Source of the DNA: Octopus sinensis
Lineage: Eukaryota
Direction: 5' to 3'
Assembly: GCF_006345805.1 (NCBI RefSeq)
Contig: NC_042997.1
Coordinates: 91,512,001 to 91,576,000, forward strand
DNA: 64,000 nt
Below, one piece after another: positions 1-64,000 of the stretch. Positions within the stretch are counted from its first letter, which is position 1, and each line of letters starts with the position of its first letter. The position numbers were made by a program, and so were the translations under genes. The notes under the pieces are model-generated. The model was not told where the DNA came from. It worked only from the letters and a program-made list of their open reading frames with translations, and searched no databases.

Positions 1-135
1 CACACGCAAGCATGTATCTGACTCATACACTGTTCACTTTCCAGACATTCGTACATTACCGCATATGCTTTATACGCACTTTCGACAAGTTGTGGTGCAC
101 CTGAGCATTGTATACAATAATTTCATTATTATTAT
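1..135 (+). repeat. Interspersed repeat 3' end with (ATT)n tail, LINE-end-like, unclassified
   Basis: Motif gtggtgcacctgagca.tgtatacaataatttcattatt recurs at about 22080-22115 (+) and about 15390-15430 (-). Confidence 0.55.
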
Positions 136-291
136 ATAGTCTATTAGAATGAACTTCTCTAATTTTAACAATTACTACAACTGACTGTTGTTTTGAATTT
201 CCTATTCCCAAATTGATATATCTGTTCTGATATAGCATTTTTCATTGGATCTCCATCATACACTATGCTTAGTCCTTCAATCAAACTCTGT

Positions 292-505
292 ATTAGTTTC
301 AAATTTTGGCACAAGGCCTGCAACTTCAGGGGAGGGGGTAAGTCAATTACATTGACCCCAGTACTCAAATGTTACTTATTTTGTCAACCCCAAAAGGATG
401 AAAGGTAAATTTGACTTCAGTAGAATTTGAACCCAGGATGTAAAGACAGATGAAATGCTGCTAAGCATTTTGCCTGGCATGCTTACAATTCTGCCAGCTC
501 GTTGT
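292..505 (-). mobile_element. tRNA-type SINE, family A
   Basis: Reverse complement of gagctggcagaa...gttcaaattc...tgcctttcatcctt...gtgccaaaatttgaaac, seen in more than 12 copies in the window. Confidence 0.75.
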
Positions 506-969
506 CTTGCGGTGACCTCGATAGGAATTGAACTAAAAATGCAAAGTTGTGAAATTAAATGCTGAAATACATTTTAGCCAACATGCTAAGGATTCTGTCA
601 ACTCTCTGGTACAATCAAACCCTATATTAACCGTACTAATATCCCCAGCTTGCTCCCTTTTTCTCTGTAAGATGTGCTAAGTCATATCATTCTCTTCAGA
701 AATAGCAATGAATTAAATGTGTTCAAGCACTCTTAGAAGCTTATGAGGGTTGGTAATTAATGTAAGTTTCTTCTATTTGGTAGATTAAAGATAAGTCCCT
801 TGCTGTTTATTGCATGCACCATTGTAAAAGATATGGTACAACTTCTCACAATTTGGTGATCCGTGACATCTAGAATTGAGTGTAGTACCCAGGGACACAA
901 TGAAATGCATTCAGTACATTTAACTAAAGCTTATGTATTAATTGTTATTTGTAAACAATAGCAAGTAAT

Positions 970-1120
970 AGGATTCCACACAGTTTCCATCTATGAAATT
1001 AACTTACAAGGCATGGGCTTATAGTAGAAGATATTAGTCCAAAGTGTTGCACAGGGGAACTGAACCTGAAACCACATAGTTGCAAAGTGAGCTTCTTAAC
1101 CACACAACCATGCCTGCACC
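970..1120 (-). mobile_element. SINE family B, 5' portion
   Basis: Reverse complement of ggcatgg.tgtgtggttaagaagct...gttcagt...tcttctactata, shared with copies at about 24.0, 41.7 and 47.1 kb. Confidence 0.6.
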
Positions 1121-1232
1121 TATCACATAGCCAAATATTTTAAAGCTGATGAAATTTCCAAATTAAACTATATCAAGATTTGTTTCATTTTGTATTTCTT
1201 TTCTTACGTAGTATTCTCCTTTATTTCTTCAG

Positions 1233-62201
<60,969 letters not shown>

Positions 62202-63229
62202 GTGAGTAACAGATGTTTTTCAAATATCTTCCTCCCCCTCATCATTATTAACGTTTTTGTTAACATTAAAGTATGATAGATACAACAATAACGATTGGTG
62301 ACTTTCTTTGTTGTTGTGTGTGCCAGTTAACGAAGGACTGTTATTGATGGCAAGATGCTGTGAGCACAGGGATAAGGTGGGGCTGGGGGAACCTGGATGT
62401 AAAATTGTGATGATGGTGATGGCTAGTAGCACCAAACAGAAAAGCTTGATCATAATTCTCTTCATCTTCTTGAGAATTTTGGCAAAGACAAATACAGATA
62501 ATGACTACCAACACTGCTACCATTATCACTACCACTATTTGCATTGTCATATTATTATTATCACTATCAACAGATATCAGAAAATGTAAATCATCAGGTT
62601 CAATGTAATTCAGTAGTTAGTTTCATTACTTTTTTGTGGTGAGTTCAAATGTTACAATTCATTCTTCTGGAGTTGTAAGATAAGTACAAGTAATATACTA
62701 TATTTTTCTATTGCTTAGGGAAAAGAGGAAGAGGGGGATGATGATGATGGTGGTGGTGGTAGTGGTGGTGATGATAATGATGATGATGATGAGGGGTAGG
62801 GGAGGGGAGGAGGAGTGTCTTCTACCTATGCAGACCCTCCCACACAAATAAGAAAAAATATAGTTGATATTCAGACTGGAATTCTGTAGCTTTGTATTTG
62901 CAGGAAAATTTTAGTTGGAGATAGGTTCTAGAGAAGTGAAGTTCTGAGGAGTCAGATTGTGGGAGGTGTTTAAATGTGGCATTTGTGATGTGTAGGAGAA
63001 AAGAAGGGGAAGTGATATGCAGGTTGTTAGTTCAAAGGATTAAAATCCATTATAGTTGTGGAAGAAGAGACATATAAAAGAAAAAGAATGTTTGTGAACT
63101 AGCAACTGTGCAGTGTTGGTGAGTAAATCTTTGTCAATTAGGGAATCTTTTTTTGAGGATGCATCTTTGGATGTTGGTATGTTGGCCACTGTCCCAGAAC
63201 AGTACTCTAATGTAACTCCTACTTGTGCT

Positions 63230-63415
63230 TTGTGGGAGGGAGCTAGTTGATTACATCCCTGAAGTGCTTACCAGCACTTATTTTATTAACCCTGAAAGGA
63301 TGAAAGGCAAAGTAGACCTTAATAGAATTTGAACTTAGAACATAAAACCAGAGGAAATGCCACCAAGCATTTTGTGTGGCATGCTAACAGCAATTTTGCT
63401 AGCTTGCTGCCTTGG
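63230..63415 (-). mobile_element. SINE family A
   Basis: ggatgaaaggcaaagtagacc...gaatttgaact...gctagcttgctgccttgg. Confidence 0.7.
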
Positions 63416-63420
63416 ATAAG

Positions 63421-63854
<434 letters not shown>

Positions 63855-64000
63855 TAATGGTTTCAAATTTTGGCACAAGGCCAGTAAGTTCAAGGGTGAG
63901 GTTAAGTCGATTACATTGACCCCAGTCCTCAATTGGTACTTATTTTATTAACCCTGAAAAGATGAAAGACAAAGTCGACCTCAGCAGAATTTGAACTCAG
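63855..64000 (-). mobile_element. SINE family A (cut by the window edge)
   Basis: ggtttcaaattttggcacaaggcc...gaatttgaactcag. Confidence 0.8.

Overview
AT-rich, repeat-dense animal genomic DNA. The SINE and LINE families look like those of Octopus (coleoid cephalopod); this assignment is from recognition, not a search. The whole window lies inside one + strand gene, an axonemal dynein heavy chain best matching DNAH10. I traced 31 consecutive GT-AG exons (1233-62201, 5477 nt, about 1826 codons) that splice in phase with no stop. They run from the tail through the linker, AAA1 (GPAGTGKT), AAA2 (GPTGGGKS) and into AAA3 (GETGTSKT); the start and end of the gene are outside the window. The introns hold a near full-length decayed mariner, a pogo/Tigger derivative, MITEs (mariner, Tc2/pogo, hAT, piggyBac), a probable non-autonomous Helitron, a 3.4 kb RTE-like LINE, other RTE and Dong/R4 fragments, many tRNA-type SINEs and microsatellites. 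The most interesting signals are a minimal hammerhead-ribozyme motif in an inverted Penelope-like repeat, a 199-bp 96%-identical intronic hairpin next to an exon, a PHD finger inserted inside a LINE reverse transcriptase core, and a (CAG)134(CTG)9 tract. I cannot show that any of these is a new system.
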